From Myxococcota bacterium (lineage in GTDB: Bacteria > Myxococcota > XYA12-FULL-58-9 > JABJBS01): a DNA stretch of 64,000 nt. The position numbers and the translations under genes were made by a program. The stretch lies in NCBI GenBank assembly GCA_036339465.1, contig JAYZAY010000056.1, positions 24,635 to 88,634 on the forward strand, read 5' to 3'. Below, one piece after another: positions 30,565-40,946 of the stretch (the stretch's first letter is position 1; each line of letters starts with the position of its first letter). The notes under the pieces were generated by a model that was not told the DNA's origin, searched no databases, and was given only the letters and a program-made list of their open reading frames with translations.

Positions 30565-31302
30565 TCAGTGCCTGAGTGCCGAAAAACCACTCCAATCAAA
30601 GTCACTATTGACCTGCTTCAGGCCGGGTTGGTAGACCTTTTTGGCCAGTTGGTTTCGTAAGCTTTTGAGGGTCTCCCAGGGAGCGTCTTCGCTACCTATA
30701 TTTGCCACCCAAGATGGTACCCAACCTCCGGGATCCGCGGTGGTCTCAAAGACGATTTCAGTGCTGTTTTCAGAAAGGGCTTGGAGATGCCATTGCCCGG
30801 ATGAATTGGGAATACGAATGCAGCCATTCGCTACTGGTATGTTTTTGGGAACAGTGCTTCTGAAGCGAATCAATATGGAGTTTTGATTGGGCCTAAACAC
30901 GACTTGGTTTTGTAGATACATTTCTCGGTCGCTCACCATAAAGGATGGGCTGGCAATGCGATTGTAAACGGTAAATTTGTCTCTGGAATGGCGCTGATGA
31001 AGTCGATATTCAGTGCTCATATACAACCAGTCGACTTTGTATTGATGGTCGTAGAGAACCGCAAAGACTCGATTGATGGAGTAGGGTAGCTTGAGACGTC
31101 CGCGGAAGGTCATTGTGGAATTGTTGGGGAGAGACTTTTTCCAGACCTGGATACCATTCTCTTTTTTGATGGATATCCATCCGTCGTGGGATTGAGCATG
31201 GACGGTTTGGGCGGGTTGAGGGGTTAACTCGGCAGCATTATTGGGAGTCGTGAGGCAGAGACTCAAGACCGTTACAACGAACACCATATCCAATTGTAGC
31301 AT
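30565..31302 (-). CDS. START/SRPBCC lipid-binding domain protein
   Basis: W..IKKENGIQVW, SPSFMVSDRE, DPGGWVPSWVAN. Confidence 0.9.
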   Translation of the reverse strand: MLQLDMVFVVTVLSLCLTTPNNAAELTPQPAQTVHAQSHDGWISIKKENGIQVWKKSLPNNSTMTFRGRLKLPYSINRVFAVLYDHQYKVDWLYMSTEYRLHQRHSRDKFTVYNRIASPSFMVSDREMYLQNQVVFRPNQNSILIRFRSTVPKNIPVANGCIRIPNSSGQWHLQALSENSTEIVFETTADPGGWVPSWVANIGSEDAPWETLKSLRNQLAKKVYQPGLKQVNSDFDWSGFSALRH

Positions 31303-31846
31303 ACCGGCCTCAACATTACAGGGGTTGCTGGAGGATTATTGTCCCACTGGGGATCATCATTTGAGACTGAGAGGCCGTGTTTAAGTCGTTCTCATGCTCT
31401 TGAACCGCTTTTTTCTTGGGTTTTTGGGTGAGAAATACCAGATTGTCATGGAATGCTTCTTTGGGGGGATAAAATGGGTGGTGTAAAGATGAGGGGTTGT
31501 CTCCTTATTCTGGGAGCCCCCGCGAATGGCTCCTAGGGTGCAGAGTGAGGCCGAAAACCTCTATTTATCCATGTGGTAATTGGGACCGGTGGACTTGGAG
31601 CATTGTGAGATGACCTTTCGGAGTGGTGATATACACGGTTTTGGAAAACTGTGTTTGGAGCAGAATGCGGAGGGAGGTTGTTTGAAGGCTTTGGCGGATT
31701 CTTCTCTGAAAAATTTGAATATCAAAGAGGGAACGCGGGCGCAGGTCGATTTTTTGGCGCTGGGTTTGAGCGCAGTAAATGATGTCTAGGATGACCAACG
31801 GCAAAGAAGAAGTGGTAGGGGTGGGTTAAGTTGGGTCTCAGGAATT

Positions 31847-33304
31847 TTAGGCGCCGGTGAATTTTTCTACCCAGGGTTTAATAGATGTTTTGTAAGTGGT
31901 GAGCTGACTTTTAGGAATTGCTTTTGTTCGCGGTGCTACGTGTTTTCTGGGGTTCATATATTTACCCTTGTGCTTGAGTCGAAAATCGAGGTGTGGGCCG
32001 GTTGAGCGTCCGGTGCTGCCTACTTTTCCAATGACTGTACTTTGTGAGACGGATTGGCCTGAACGAACCAGTATTCGAGAGAGGTGGAGGTAGAGAGATT
32101 CGTAGACCCCGGTATGACGTATTTTGACCATGTTGCCTGCAGCCCCATTATTGCCTGCATAGGTAACTCGCCCCTGCGCCACAGCCTGAACGGGGGTGCC
32201 CGTGGGGGCAGCATAATCGATTCCGCCATGAAAGTGTCGCCGTCCGAGAATGGGGTGTCGGCGGTAACCAAAACCCGAGCTGATTCGGTTAAACCTTAAG
32301 GGAGATCTCAGGAATGCTCGTTGAGCCGCCTTGCCCTTTGCATCGTAGTAGCCTTGAAGGTTGGCGGATTTGTTCTCAAACCAATAGAGCCTTTTGGTGC
32401 CCACCGGACTTTCTGGCGAACCTTGATATTCTGCGGACCAAATACGTCCGTATCGTACCAATTCACCTTCAAAGGTAAATTTTTCAACCCAGAATCGGAA
32501 CTGATCCCCCTTTCGGGTGTCGTGATAAAAATCGATGTCAAATTGAAATGCTTCGGCGAGACTCATGGCGAGATTTGGAGATTCTCCCGCTTGCATGAAT
32601 GCGTCCCACATGGAGACATTAATGGTGCCATGGACTTCGATGATTTCTTTGTGGAGGTTGATTTCTTTACGCTTGGCTAGAAACTGCCCGTCATCTTCAA
32701 GATTCGTTACGAACTGTTCGTCGGGGCCCGCTTTGTAAAAAAAGCTTAATAGTGTACCGTCGGGTGTCATTTCGAGTTCATAGTGATCTCCGGGACGGCT
32801 CCGCCGAAAATCAAAGATACCCTTGAAGGAACGAATAGCTTGATCTGCTTCGAGGGCCTCACAACCGGCAGCTATCAAAATATCGGAAACAAATTGATTG
32901 CGTTTAACGCGACCGTTTACCAAACGCTTTGCGGGCGGGCCTTCCAGCTCCGGAAGTTCATCCACCCGAGCCAACGCTTCTTGGACTTGCCTCTTTTCCG
33001 TGGGTTCAATGTTTTTACCCGGTGACTGGCTGGCACCTCGGATGACAACCCGTCTGTTTTCTGCATTCTCTTGAGCCAAGCCCTTGGGTGCCGGTGGCTG
33101 ATCCGTTGGGGTCTCTCCTATTTCTTCGGCGTCTTGTGATTGGGCTTGGGAAGCAGGTGGGGCTTGTTTCTCGGAGTCGGTGGAGGAGGTCGTCAGTCCC
33201 CACGTGATGAGGCACCCAACCATAAGGCCAGCGAGAAAACCGTGGAGGTGCGTTTTTTGAGGTGTGAAGCTTCCTCTGGAGACATAACGATTACCGTGTT
33301 GCAA
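31847..33304 (-). CDS. M23 family peptidoglycan endopeptidase (MepM-like)
   Basis: HGGIDYAAP, YLHL, STGPHLDF; N-terminal TM. Confidence 0.93.
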   Translation of the reverse strand: MQHGNRYVSRGSFTPQKTHLHGFLAGLMVGCLITWGLTTSSTDSEKQAPPASQAQSQDAEEIGETPTDQPPAPKGLAQENAENRRVVIRGASQSPGKNIEPTEKRQVQEALARVDELPELEGPPAKRLVNGRVKRNQFVSDILIAAGCEALEADQAIRSFKGIFDFRRSRPGDHYELEMTPDGTLLSFFYKAGPDEQFVTNLEDDGQFLAKRKEINLHKEIIEVHGTINVSMWDAFMQAGESPNLAMSLAEAFQFDIDFYHDTRKGDQFRFWVEKFTFEGELVRYGRIWSAEYQGSPESPVGTKRLYWFENKSANLQGYYDAKGKAAQRAFLRSPLRFNRISSGFGYRRHPILGRRHFHGGIDYAAPTGTPVQAVAQGRVTYAGNNGAAGNMVKIRHTGVYESLYLHLSRILVRSGQSVSQSTVIGKVGSTGRSTGPHLDFRLKHKGKYMNPRKHVAPRTKAIPKSQLTTYKTSIKPWVEKFTGA

Positions 33305-33665
33305 CGAATGAACCCTCCGATTCGAGTATTTCTAGAATAGGTCAGGAGGGCTAGCATGCCTCACTTGAAACCGCAAACACCACCCGACGGAGGTTTCCGG
33401 TGCGGCCCATCTTTCCCATATGGGGTATTCAACATCCTTTATGGGTTGACAATGATAAATATAGACTTAGTGGTATATAATGAAGTGAAAACACGAATTG
33501 GCAGGTTTTTCGGAGTTGGCGCAGCCATCTGCGATTTTGAGTTGGTTGTTTGGGGTGGTTGTTTGGGGTGGGCACTATGTGTCGAGCCATGACTACGGCG
33601 CACGATTTATTTCGAATATGTTATGTGAATCGGAAGAAAAAAACCGTGAAAGTTTTATTTTGGGA

Positions 33666-35537
33666 CTAAAAGAATTCCATCTCAAGGGTTGCGTGACTGG
33701 CTTCTATGTCCGGAGCGAGTTCAGGGTAGTAATAGCATGCCAATTTCTTTTCTAGAGTGGTGACGGCATTGCGTTTGAGAAGATCTAGCAGCGATTTTTC
33801 ATCGATTTGATTGGACATCCTTCGAATTTCTATTAGTCGGTGCTGACTCCACTGCGTCATAACATCGTGGGCGGTAAGTGTTTGCATGATGGAAGCAATT
33901 TCGTTTTCGTGCCCATTGCTCATTTCTACCAGCTCTTTAATGAGGTCTCCGTAGGTTTCTGCTTCTCCGTATTCCAATAACCCAAGGCTTCTAAGGGTGC
34001 GGTGGGAAGCTGGGGTGAGTTTTTCATTCTCCTTGCGATGTCCAAGCAGTCGTTGGGGGGATATCTGATTGGCGACAGTGGTTGATTCTTGGATTATGTT
34101 AAACACTTTGATTCCAGCAGTGCTGATCTGAGGGGATAGGATTTCCATGATCAATCCGGAAGTGCGGAATCCTGCCATTAAGAGAAGATCTAGATTACGC
34201 TCGCTCGGGTCACTGTGATAACGGGCCTCGTAGTCAAAAAGTCGAAGTGAAGTAGCACCCTTTGTGACTCTGCCAAAGATTGGGCCTTCAAATTTTTCAA
34301 AGAGGTATTCAAGACTTTCCGGGTAGCTTTGGGCTAGAGGAGTCCGATGAGAGAATTTTATTCTAAGACACTGGAGGAGTCGTTCGGTGGCGATGAGGAG
34401 GGTAAGAGGGGGGCGATAAACCTCACGAATCGCTCCAATCAAAGCATCTCGAAGTGGCAATTCATCGGATATGTACACCCCTAAATATTCGGATGCATCG
34501 ATTATCCCTGTAAAACGTCCTGAAATTCTCGATACTTGATCAAGGGTGGTTTCTCGGGTGATGAAACATTCAGTCAACATCATTCGGATGGATGCATGTA
34601 AAAGGGGCAGGTATCTACTAAGGGGGGTGGTTATGGCGGGCTCATAAAAAAGCTCAGTGAGTGATTCCTCGAATTTTTCTGATGGTAAATCTCGGCAGTC
34701 GCTGCTCAGGGTGTAAACGTATTGGAGGTTGTCATCCACAACTTTCGAAATGGAATCCAGAGAGTTTCTAAAAACCCTGGCGACTTCGTATCTGAGTTCG
34801 GAAGTGAGGGGTAAGCAAATACTCTCGATGGTGGTGTTTTTTCCAAAATATGTTGGCATCAGCAGGTATAGTTCGTAGAGACTCAGTGGGCATGATTCAA
34901 AAATGAAGTTCTTGTCCTTGGCGAAGTCGCTACTGACGAAACTTGACCACAGTCGAAGGCCGTCACTATTGACGCATTGTAAATAGCGCCAGTTCAACCG
35001 AACGGTATCCCATTCCTCAGGGATGACATTGAGTAGACGGTCGAAATTTGCCGTCAAGGCAAGGATGCCTCTGCAGATGACTCGGCCTTCTGAACGCTGG
35101 AATCCAAGCCGACCTAGTTTGACATCAAAATTTGTGTTGGGTCGGTTTTGGTTTTGGTTTTGGCTTACGGAGCCTGTTTTTAGACTTTCCAGCATCTGTT
35201 TTATCTGCCCCGGCTTTGTGGGGTTCACCCAGCCGTGAATGCCTTGTCGTCTTGATACTTCTCTTAGGTTGGCATTGAATTCGTCGGTTGAAGCAACCAG
35301 CAAGATTTCCTTTGTGATATGCAAGTTGTAAAATTTATCTAGGAATCTCCTTAAGCTAAGACCGATCGGTTCCTCACAAAGAACGATGATGCTTGGTTTG
35401 GGAGCGGTGCGTTTTTTGAGTTCGGTGATTGGAGCGTAAGCGTTTTCCCAGGTTTTAACTTCACAGTCGTGTTCTGAGAAAGCTTTGACCAGATGTTCTC
35501 TAAATTCGTCTCTATTTTCTACAATCCACACAAGCAT
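33666..35537 (-). CDS. Multidomain signalling protein: degenerate receiver, STAS-like and helical C-terminal region
   Basis: VWIVEN..FREHL receiver-like start; LNWRYLQCVNSDGLRLW STAS-like motif. Confidence 0.6.
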   Translation of the reverse strand: MLVWIVENRDEFREHLVKAFSEHDCEVKTWENAYAPITELKKRTAPKPSIIVLCEEPIGLSLRRFLDKFYNLHITKEILLVASTDEFNANLREVSRRQGIHGWVNPTKPGQIKQMLESLKTGSVSQNQNQNRPNTNFDVKLGRLGFQRSEGRVICRGILALTANFDRLLNVIPEEWDTVRLNWRYLQCVNSDGLRLWSSFVSSDFAKDKNFIFESCPLSLYELYLLMPTYFGKNTTIESICLPLTSELRYEVARVFRNSLDSISKVVDDNLQYVYTLSSDCRDLPSEKFEESLTELFYEPAITTPLSRYLPLLHASIRMMLTECFITRETTLDQVSRISGRFTGIIDASEYLGVYISDELPLRDALIGAIREVYRPPLTLLIATERLLQCLRIKFSHRTPLAQSYPESLEYLFEKFEGPIFGRVTKGATSLRLFDYEARYHSDPSERNLDLLLMAGFRTSGLIMEILSPQISTAGIKVFNIIQESTTVANQISPQRLLGHRKENEKLTPASHRTLRSLGLLEYGEAETYGDLIKELVEMSNGHENEIASIMQTLTAHDVMTQWSQHRLIEIRRMSNQIDEKSLLDLLKRNAVTTLEKKLACYYYPELAPDIEASHATLEMEFF

Positions 35538-36024
35538 GAACGTTTGCTCACCGGCAGGTAATGTTTTCGTCTTGGGTTTCTTTGCAAATTATAGTCTGTT
35601 TCTTGAGCTCGAGGGAAATGTAGACAAAAAAAAGGACACTTTCTAGATTGTTTTTGACTCAGCGGGGAGGTTTTCAACCACTTAATTTTATCGTTGCATG
35701 TTAATTTTTGGGTGTAGGAGAGTGTGGTTCTCTCGTGTGCATGTTTTTGTAGGTGATTGTTTTTAGGGGAGGAGGCTAGAATGGATAGTCAGGTTTTTAG
35801 ATTGAAACCTCGATTCACTTGGCGTTTTTCAGTTTGCGTATAAATCCTATGAAGGGTGCGTGCTATTAAGGATATTTATAGAGCCAGAGGACCGATTGCA
35901 GTACCGGGCGGTCCCTGTCATCGATGCTGCGCAGGTTTTGCATTCAGGTGGTGATGTTTCAGTTGGATGTTGCTAGGCCCAAAGCAGTCGGCCTGTGACT
36001 CAAGCTTTCTAAATCCTTGGGTGG

Positions 36025-36411
36025 CTAGTTCTTTCTTCTTTGAAGTAGAAATGTTGTGCGCTGTGAGAGAATTTCGTGGTGAAAGACATATTGCTCTTCG
36101 AAATCAATCAGAATCCAACTGAGTTCGCTAAGGGTATTTAGGAAGGTGTGGAGGCTCGCCCCCTGCGTCCTCTTACCTTTAGGCTGTTCCCCCAGTTTAT
36201 TGGTCAGCTCCAAAATGTTGTTGGCTCTTACGGTGCGACCAGCTTCTTGCCATACCACTGAAGTATGTTGGTCTGGCGATAGGTTCCCCGATGAGACCAG
36301 TTTCAAGGTCGCAAATTCATAGAGATGATCTTGTGCGAGCCGGTGAGTACAGCCGCTGGTTGCGACGACACATAAGGTAACGAGAAAACAAGCTTTGATG
36401 GACGCAAGCAT
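36025..36411 (-). CDS. Hypothetical lipoprotein
   Basis: Signal with TSGC lipobox-like motif. Confidence 0.55.
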   Translation of the reverse strand: MLASIKACFLVTLCVVATSGCTHRLAQDHLYEFATLKLVSSGNLSPDQHTSVVWQEAGRTVRANNILELTNKLGEQPKGKRTQGASLHTFLNTLSELSWILIDFEEQYVFHHEILSQRTTFLLQRRKN

Positions 36412-36675
36412 TTTAGCCTTTCCCCGGATGGTGAAAGAGAGCTGTCGCTTATGAACGTCATTAGATGTTATTTTTGATGTTGATTCAATGCTGTCGTTGT
36501 TCTCGGGGAAGGTGAAGCTAAGTATTTATGAGGTGGCTGTTTTTTGGCCAATAAGATTCGAAGATATAGGGGGCTTTCGCTGTTTTTCCCAAAAAGAGTC
36601 CTAATCGCCCTCCCGCTAGGTCTTTCCCTTTATCCCTTGTTTTTTAGGGCCAATTGAAACGAATTGTGCGGGAGA

Positions 36676-38652
36676 CTACCGGTTTTTGGTGGGCCGATGT
36701 TTTTCCTCGTTCTTCGGTTTTTCTTTCTTAGGCACGGGGCCCCATTTTAGGATCTGGAAGACCGTTCTTCGGTTCTTTTGTCGACCTCTTTTGGTTTTAT
36801 TGGTGGCGATAGGTTGCTTTGAAGCTTTGGCACCCGTGATGATTCTCTCGGGGGCAATGCCATTTTGAATCAGATACCACCGAACCCATTTGGCGCGAAG
36901 TTTCGATACCTCGAGATTGACTTTATACCGTCCGGTTCGGTCAGTATGACCGATAACGCGCACTTGGAGAATTTCGCGGTGGTTTTTTAGGGCTGAAACC
37001 ACAGTATCTAAGACTTTCTTCGACTGTTTTAGAAGTCGGGCTCTGCCGACTTCATAGAAAACGATTTTCTTTTGCATGAGAATCTCAATTTCCGTGGACT
37101 TGACCCGAATGAGAGGTGGTCCTTCGTCGGGACAACCATCTTCGTCTTCAAAATTATTTAAAATCTCTGCTTCCAATGGGCATTTATCCACAGAATCCAC
37201 GAGGCCGTCTTGGTCTTTATCGAGTTCGGGGCAGCCGTCCTTATCGTCCACGTCGTTGATGGTTTCGGGCTCTAGGGGGCAGAGGTCTTTGGAGTCAATG
37301 ATTTTATCTTGGTCATTGTCTGGATCAGGGCAACCGTCCTCATCTTCGAATGTGTCGAAGTCTTCGGGCTTATTGGGGCACTTATCATCCTGGTCGAGGA
37401 TGCCATCCTGGTCGTTGTCGGGTTCAGGGCAGCCATCTGTGTCACTGAATCCATCCATGTCTTCGGCTTTGTTGGGACATTGGTCCACGGCATCGAGAAT
37501 GCTGTCTTGATCGTTGTCGGGTTCGGGGCAACCATCCTGGTCTTTAAAGCGGTCATAATCTTCGGGATCCATTGGGCATTGGTCATTGGCTTTATCAATG
37601 TCGTCATAGTCTTCATCACTGAAATCGTCGATATTAAATTCAATGCCGATTAAGGCTCGAAGGCTGGGAATGGTGACCCCTTTTAATAGGCTTGTTCCAA
37701 CGGTGGCTCGGAGATGGGTTCCGGGGCTCAGGTTTTGGAGTAAAATTGAGCCTAAGATTTCGCTTCGGCTTTCACCTGGGGTCGTGAAAGCCCGGCCCCC
37801 GCGGCTGCCCACATAGATTTCGGAGCCAAAGACCAGGTCGGTGTTTCCCAGGGCTTGGGGCCAAGTATAGCTGATGCCCGTGGCCAGGGTTGCCCAGTCA
37901 TCGTCTATATAGCCTTGGCCCTTCTGTTCTGCGAAAATATTTGTTTGGGGTTTTAAATCCCATTGAAACCTTCCGCCGAAATCCCAATTTCCGATTTTGC
38001 TACCGATGATGGTGAGAAAACTGAACTCTGTTTTCTCGTGCCCGAGATAGGCAAGGGCTGTGCCTGTGGGAAACCGAATCGGGAAAGCCACATGGATTTG
38101 TAGGGGGATATCCTCGAATTTCCAGATCCTGATTTCGGGCCAAACCGTGAGCATATCCAGACCAAATTTGGGGATCTCTCCGAGCTTTCTGCCGGGATAT
38201 TCCCCCTCTTGATAGAGTGCGAGGGGGAGGTGGAGGGCAATAAAACTTTGGTTGAACAATCCCATAGCAAAGGTGCCGCTGAATTGGATGCGCGAGGTCA
38301 GAAGGCTTCTGAGCAATTGGTCGGTCTCTATGTGGGATACGGTGATTGGGTGTTTTACGAATTCCAAGTGGGCTTTGGTGAAGAGTTCCAGATGCTTGAG
38401 CATTTTAGGCAGGGTGCGGCTATAAGGGCTTTGGCCGATGGGATCGGCTAAGGTGGGGTTGCCCTGGATATTTGCACGGGCGAGATCATCTACCCCGCTG
38501 TGGCCGAGAGCTGGAACCACAAGGGTGATGCCAAGTCCTAGGAGAAAACTTTTCCAGGGGCGAAATATTTTTGCCCGCACCCAAGTTGTTTTGTGATTGA
38601 GGGAAAACTTTTTCACAAAGAAATACCTAGTCGGATACGGCAGTTGTAGCAA
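36676..38652 (-). CDS. OmpA-family outer-membrane protein with thrombospondin type 3 repeats
   Basis: Barrel-like N-region, about 6 DxCPxxxEDxDxxxDxDGCP repeats, GHTD...NLEVS..RA...NRR; true start probably downstream. Confidence 0.9.
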   Translation of the reverse strand: MLQLPYPTRYFFVKKFSLNHKTTWVRAKIFRPWKSFLLGLGITLVVPALGHSGVDDLARANIQGNPTLADPIGQSPYSRTLPKMLKHLELFTKAHLEFVKHPITVSHIETDQLLRSLLTSRIQFSGTFAMGLFNQSFIALHLPLALYQEGEYPGRKLGEIPKFGLDMLTVWPEIRIWKFEDIPLQIHVAFPIRFPTGTALAYLGHEKTEFSFLTIIGSKIGNWDFGGRFQWDLKPQTNIFAEQKGQGYIDDDWATLATGISYTWPQALGNTDLVFGSEIYVGSRGGRAFTTPGESRSEILGSILLQNLSPGTHLRATVGTSLLKGVTIPSLRALIGIEFNIDDFSDEDYDDIDKANDQCPMDPEDYDRFKDQDGCPEPDNDQDSILDAVDQCPNKAEDMDGFSDTDGCPEPDNDQDGILDQDDKCPNKPEDFDTFEDEDGCPDPDNDQDKIIDSKDLCPLEPETINDVDDKDGCPELDKDQDGLVDSVDKCPLEAEILNNFEDEDGCPDEGPPLIRVKSTEIEILMQKKIVFYEVGRARLLKQSKKVLDTVVSALKNHREILQVRVIGHTDRTGRYKVNLEVSKLRAKWVRWYLIQNGIAPERIITGAKASKQPIATNKTKRGRQKNRRTVFQILKWGPVPKKEKPKNEEKHRPTKNR

Positions 38653-38691
38653 GTTCTTGATGCCAAGGCCAACCTGGCCTAGTTTCGGTCC

Positions 38692-40809
38692 ATGGACAGA
38701 ATGGTGAAGCAGTATTTATGGAAAATATCCCTCTTCTGTATGGGGATTATTACGGGATTGACAGCGTGTACAAAGCCTTGCCAATCCCCCCTTAAACCGG
38801 TGGGCGGGAGATGCGTTCAGGTGTGTGAATCTGATGGCACCTGTGGTTCTGGGAATTACTGCCATAACGAGATTTGTGAACCAGGGGTGAGGCCGGAAGT
38901 TTGGCTGGGAAGTCCCGTGGATTCGTTTTTTGCGAGCAGTATTGTGGTTCAATTGATCTTCAGCGAAACCATGGACGCAAGTGCCACAAGCGGTGCTCTC
39001 TCCATCGCCACGAACGAAACCGTATTAGAAAGGTCGATTGATTGGTCCGATGAAAACAAAGAGGCGACTTTTGTGATGGAAGCGTCATGGCTGGTTGGGA
39101 AAACCTACAAAATATCGGTAAGTACGGCCGCCACCAGCGCGGCAGGAGTTCCGTTGGCGGCGGGGTTTGAAGCGGTCTTCACGGTGGGACCTGATCCGGT
39201 TGAGGTTTTGGCCCATGTGCCGGAGGTGGATGCTCGGGAGGTTGGGGCACGTCCTTTTATTTCGGCTCAGTTCTCTAAGCCTGTGGACATGAGTAATGTG
39301 GCTCAAAAAATAAAGTTGTTTCTACTTCCCGGCGAGACGGTTGACGTGGAGGTTTTTGCGTCTAGCGATAAGCTTTCCCTGGGGATGATTCCCAAGGAGC
39401 CGCTGATACCCACGCCCAGTGGATTCTATACCGTGGATTTGACCGAAGCACGGGGGGTGGATGGAGCTCCCATTGCGGCTCAGACAGGTGTTTGGGAATT
39501 CTCGGTGGGAAATTACGACGGACCTGCGGGAGATTTATCGGTGACCATCGATGAAACCCCAAACCCATTGGGCCCCAGTGGGTTGAATGTGGATGGCAAC
39601 ACCATCACCGTGGGTGGAACTGTGGAAGGCGCTTTGCCTGAGGTTGCTCTGGACTGGGTTGCCTTGGGAGTTTTAGAGGAAGGTCAAATAGAGGGGATCC
39701 ATTGGAGCAAAGCCGTGGTAACGGGCGAGGCTTGGGGCGTGACCACCGCCCTTACAGATTTAACCAGCAACACTTCGGGGAGCCACTTTTTCAGGGTAAT
39801 GGCTGTGGATAAGGCTGGAAACTTCGTGACGGGTGAAACCACGTTCTTTGATTTAGACTTTGAAAAACCATGGGTGCCCACGCCGTTGAATGGCAGTTTC
39901 CCCACGACCCACAAGTTCAAGGAATTTAATGGGATCCTAGAGGTAGAAGAGGGTTCCACCCTATCGGTGTTTGAAAATGATGTCTTTTTAGCGAATTTTC
40001 CTCAGGTGATGACCGAGAGCACGTTTCCACTGACTCTTCCCTTGGGGGCTTTGGGCGAAACGGCGAGCTTTGCCCTAACTGCCACGGATGCGGCGGGCAA
40101 TGTTTCCGATAATCAGACGGTTTCCATCGAGCGGGTACCCTATACCTGTTTGGGGGCCGCGGGTGGGTTTCCGGTTTTTCCCGAGAGTGTGAGGGAGGAT
40201 ACCCTAACCGATGACGATATGGGCAAGGTCACCGTGGGCTATCATGGTGATTTGGATACGTGGTCCGATACCATGATTGTGGACGAGGATAATTCATCCT
40301 ATGGGATTCGGGCTTCCTTAAATCTCGAGAAAGGCACGACGTTTTATAATAGCTTTGTGCTGGCGCAGGTGGATGCGGCGATTCTCTACGGTTGTGCCTC
40401 GGTGTCGGAGGCGAAGCTACGATACCGACTGTCTGACCCATGCATTGCCACCACCGGTGGAACGAGCCCCTGTGAAAATATTGAGGCTGTAGCTTTGTCC
40501 AGGGCTTGGGTTTCGACCCATGCGACGTGGCAACAGGGCACCAGTGATGAGAACTGGTCTGAGCCGGGTTTGACTGCGGAGGATTTTGATGGGGCCAGCA
40601 TCGTGGCGGCGACCCTGGTGGAAGATGGCGGCGCCATTGAATTCGATGTGACCAGCCTTTGGGATGAGTGGCAACGAGGAACTCGTGAAAACCATGGCTT
40701 GCTGATACGCTTTTCCGGGAGCGTGGATGTGGGTCGGGTGATTCTTTTTAGTGCGGAAAAAAACGGTTTGAAACCAGAGCTCGATCTGATTCTGAACGAG
40801 GCGCCCTGA
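38692..40809 (+). CDS. Lipoprotein with Cys-rich N-terminus, Ig-like domains and DNRLRE-like C-terminal domain
   Basis: LTAC lipobox, FSETMD and FSKPVD Big_5-like motifs, ATW...W..PG, FDVT..W...NHGLLIR. Confidence 0.8.
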   Translation: MDRMVKQYLWKISLFCMGIITGLTACTKPCQSPLKPVGGRCVQVCESDGTCGSGNYCHNEICEPGVRPEVWLGSPVDSFFASSIVVQLIFSETMDASATSGALSIATNETVLERSIDWSDENKEATFVMEASWLVGKTYKISVSTAATSAAGVPLAAGFEAVFTVGPDPVEVLAHVPEVDAREVGARPFISAQFSKPVDMSNVAQKIKLFLLPGETVDVEVFASSDKLSLGMIPKEPLIPTPSGFYTVDLTEARGVDGAPIAAQTGVWEFSVGNYDGPAGDLSVTIDETPNPLGPSGLNVDGNTITVGGTVEGALPEVALDWVALGVLEEGQIEGIHWSKAVVTGEAWGVTTALTDLTSNTSGSHFFRVMAVDKAGNFVTGETTFFDLDFEKPWVPTPLNGSFPTTHKFKEFNGILEVEEGSTLSVFENDVFLANFPQVMTESTFPLTLPLGALGETASFALTATDAAGNVSDNQTVSIERVPYTCLGAAGGFPVFPESVREDTLTDDDMGKVTVGYHGDLDTWSDTMIVDEDNSSYGIRASLNLEKGTTFYNSFVLAQVDAAILYGCASVSEAKLRYRLSDPCIATTGGTSPCENIEAVALSRAWVSTHATWQQGTSDENWSEPGLTAEDFDGASIVAATLVEDGGAIEFDVTSLWDEWQRGTRENHGLLIRFSGSVDVGRVILFSAEKNGLKPELDLILNEAP

Positions 40810-40946
40810 CCGATTCTAAACCGGCACATAGGCCTAGAGCGTTGTTCGTTTGGGTTGACCGAATTTCCGGGTGAGCAAATTTGTTTAGTGCGAGGCGCAG
40901 GAGGAAGATGGGCTTGGGCTCCCCCATCAAGGAGGACAACAAAGCA

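Noticed and set aside
31488..31804. Short ORFs between the START and M23 genes
   Set aside because: No recognisable motif or RBS; possibly a decayed remnant
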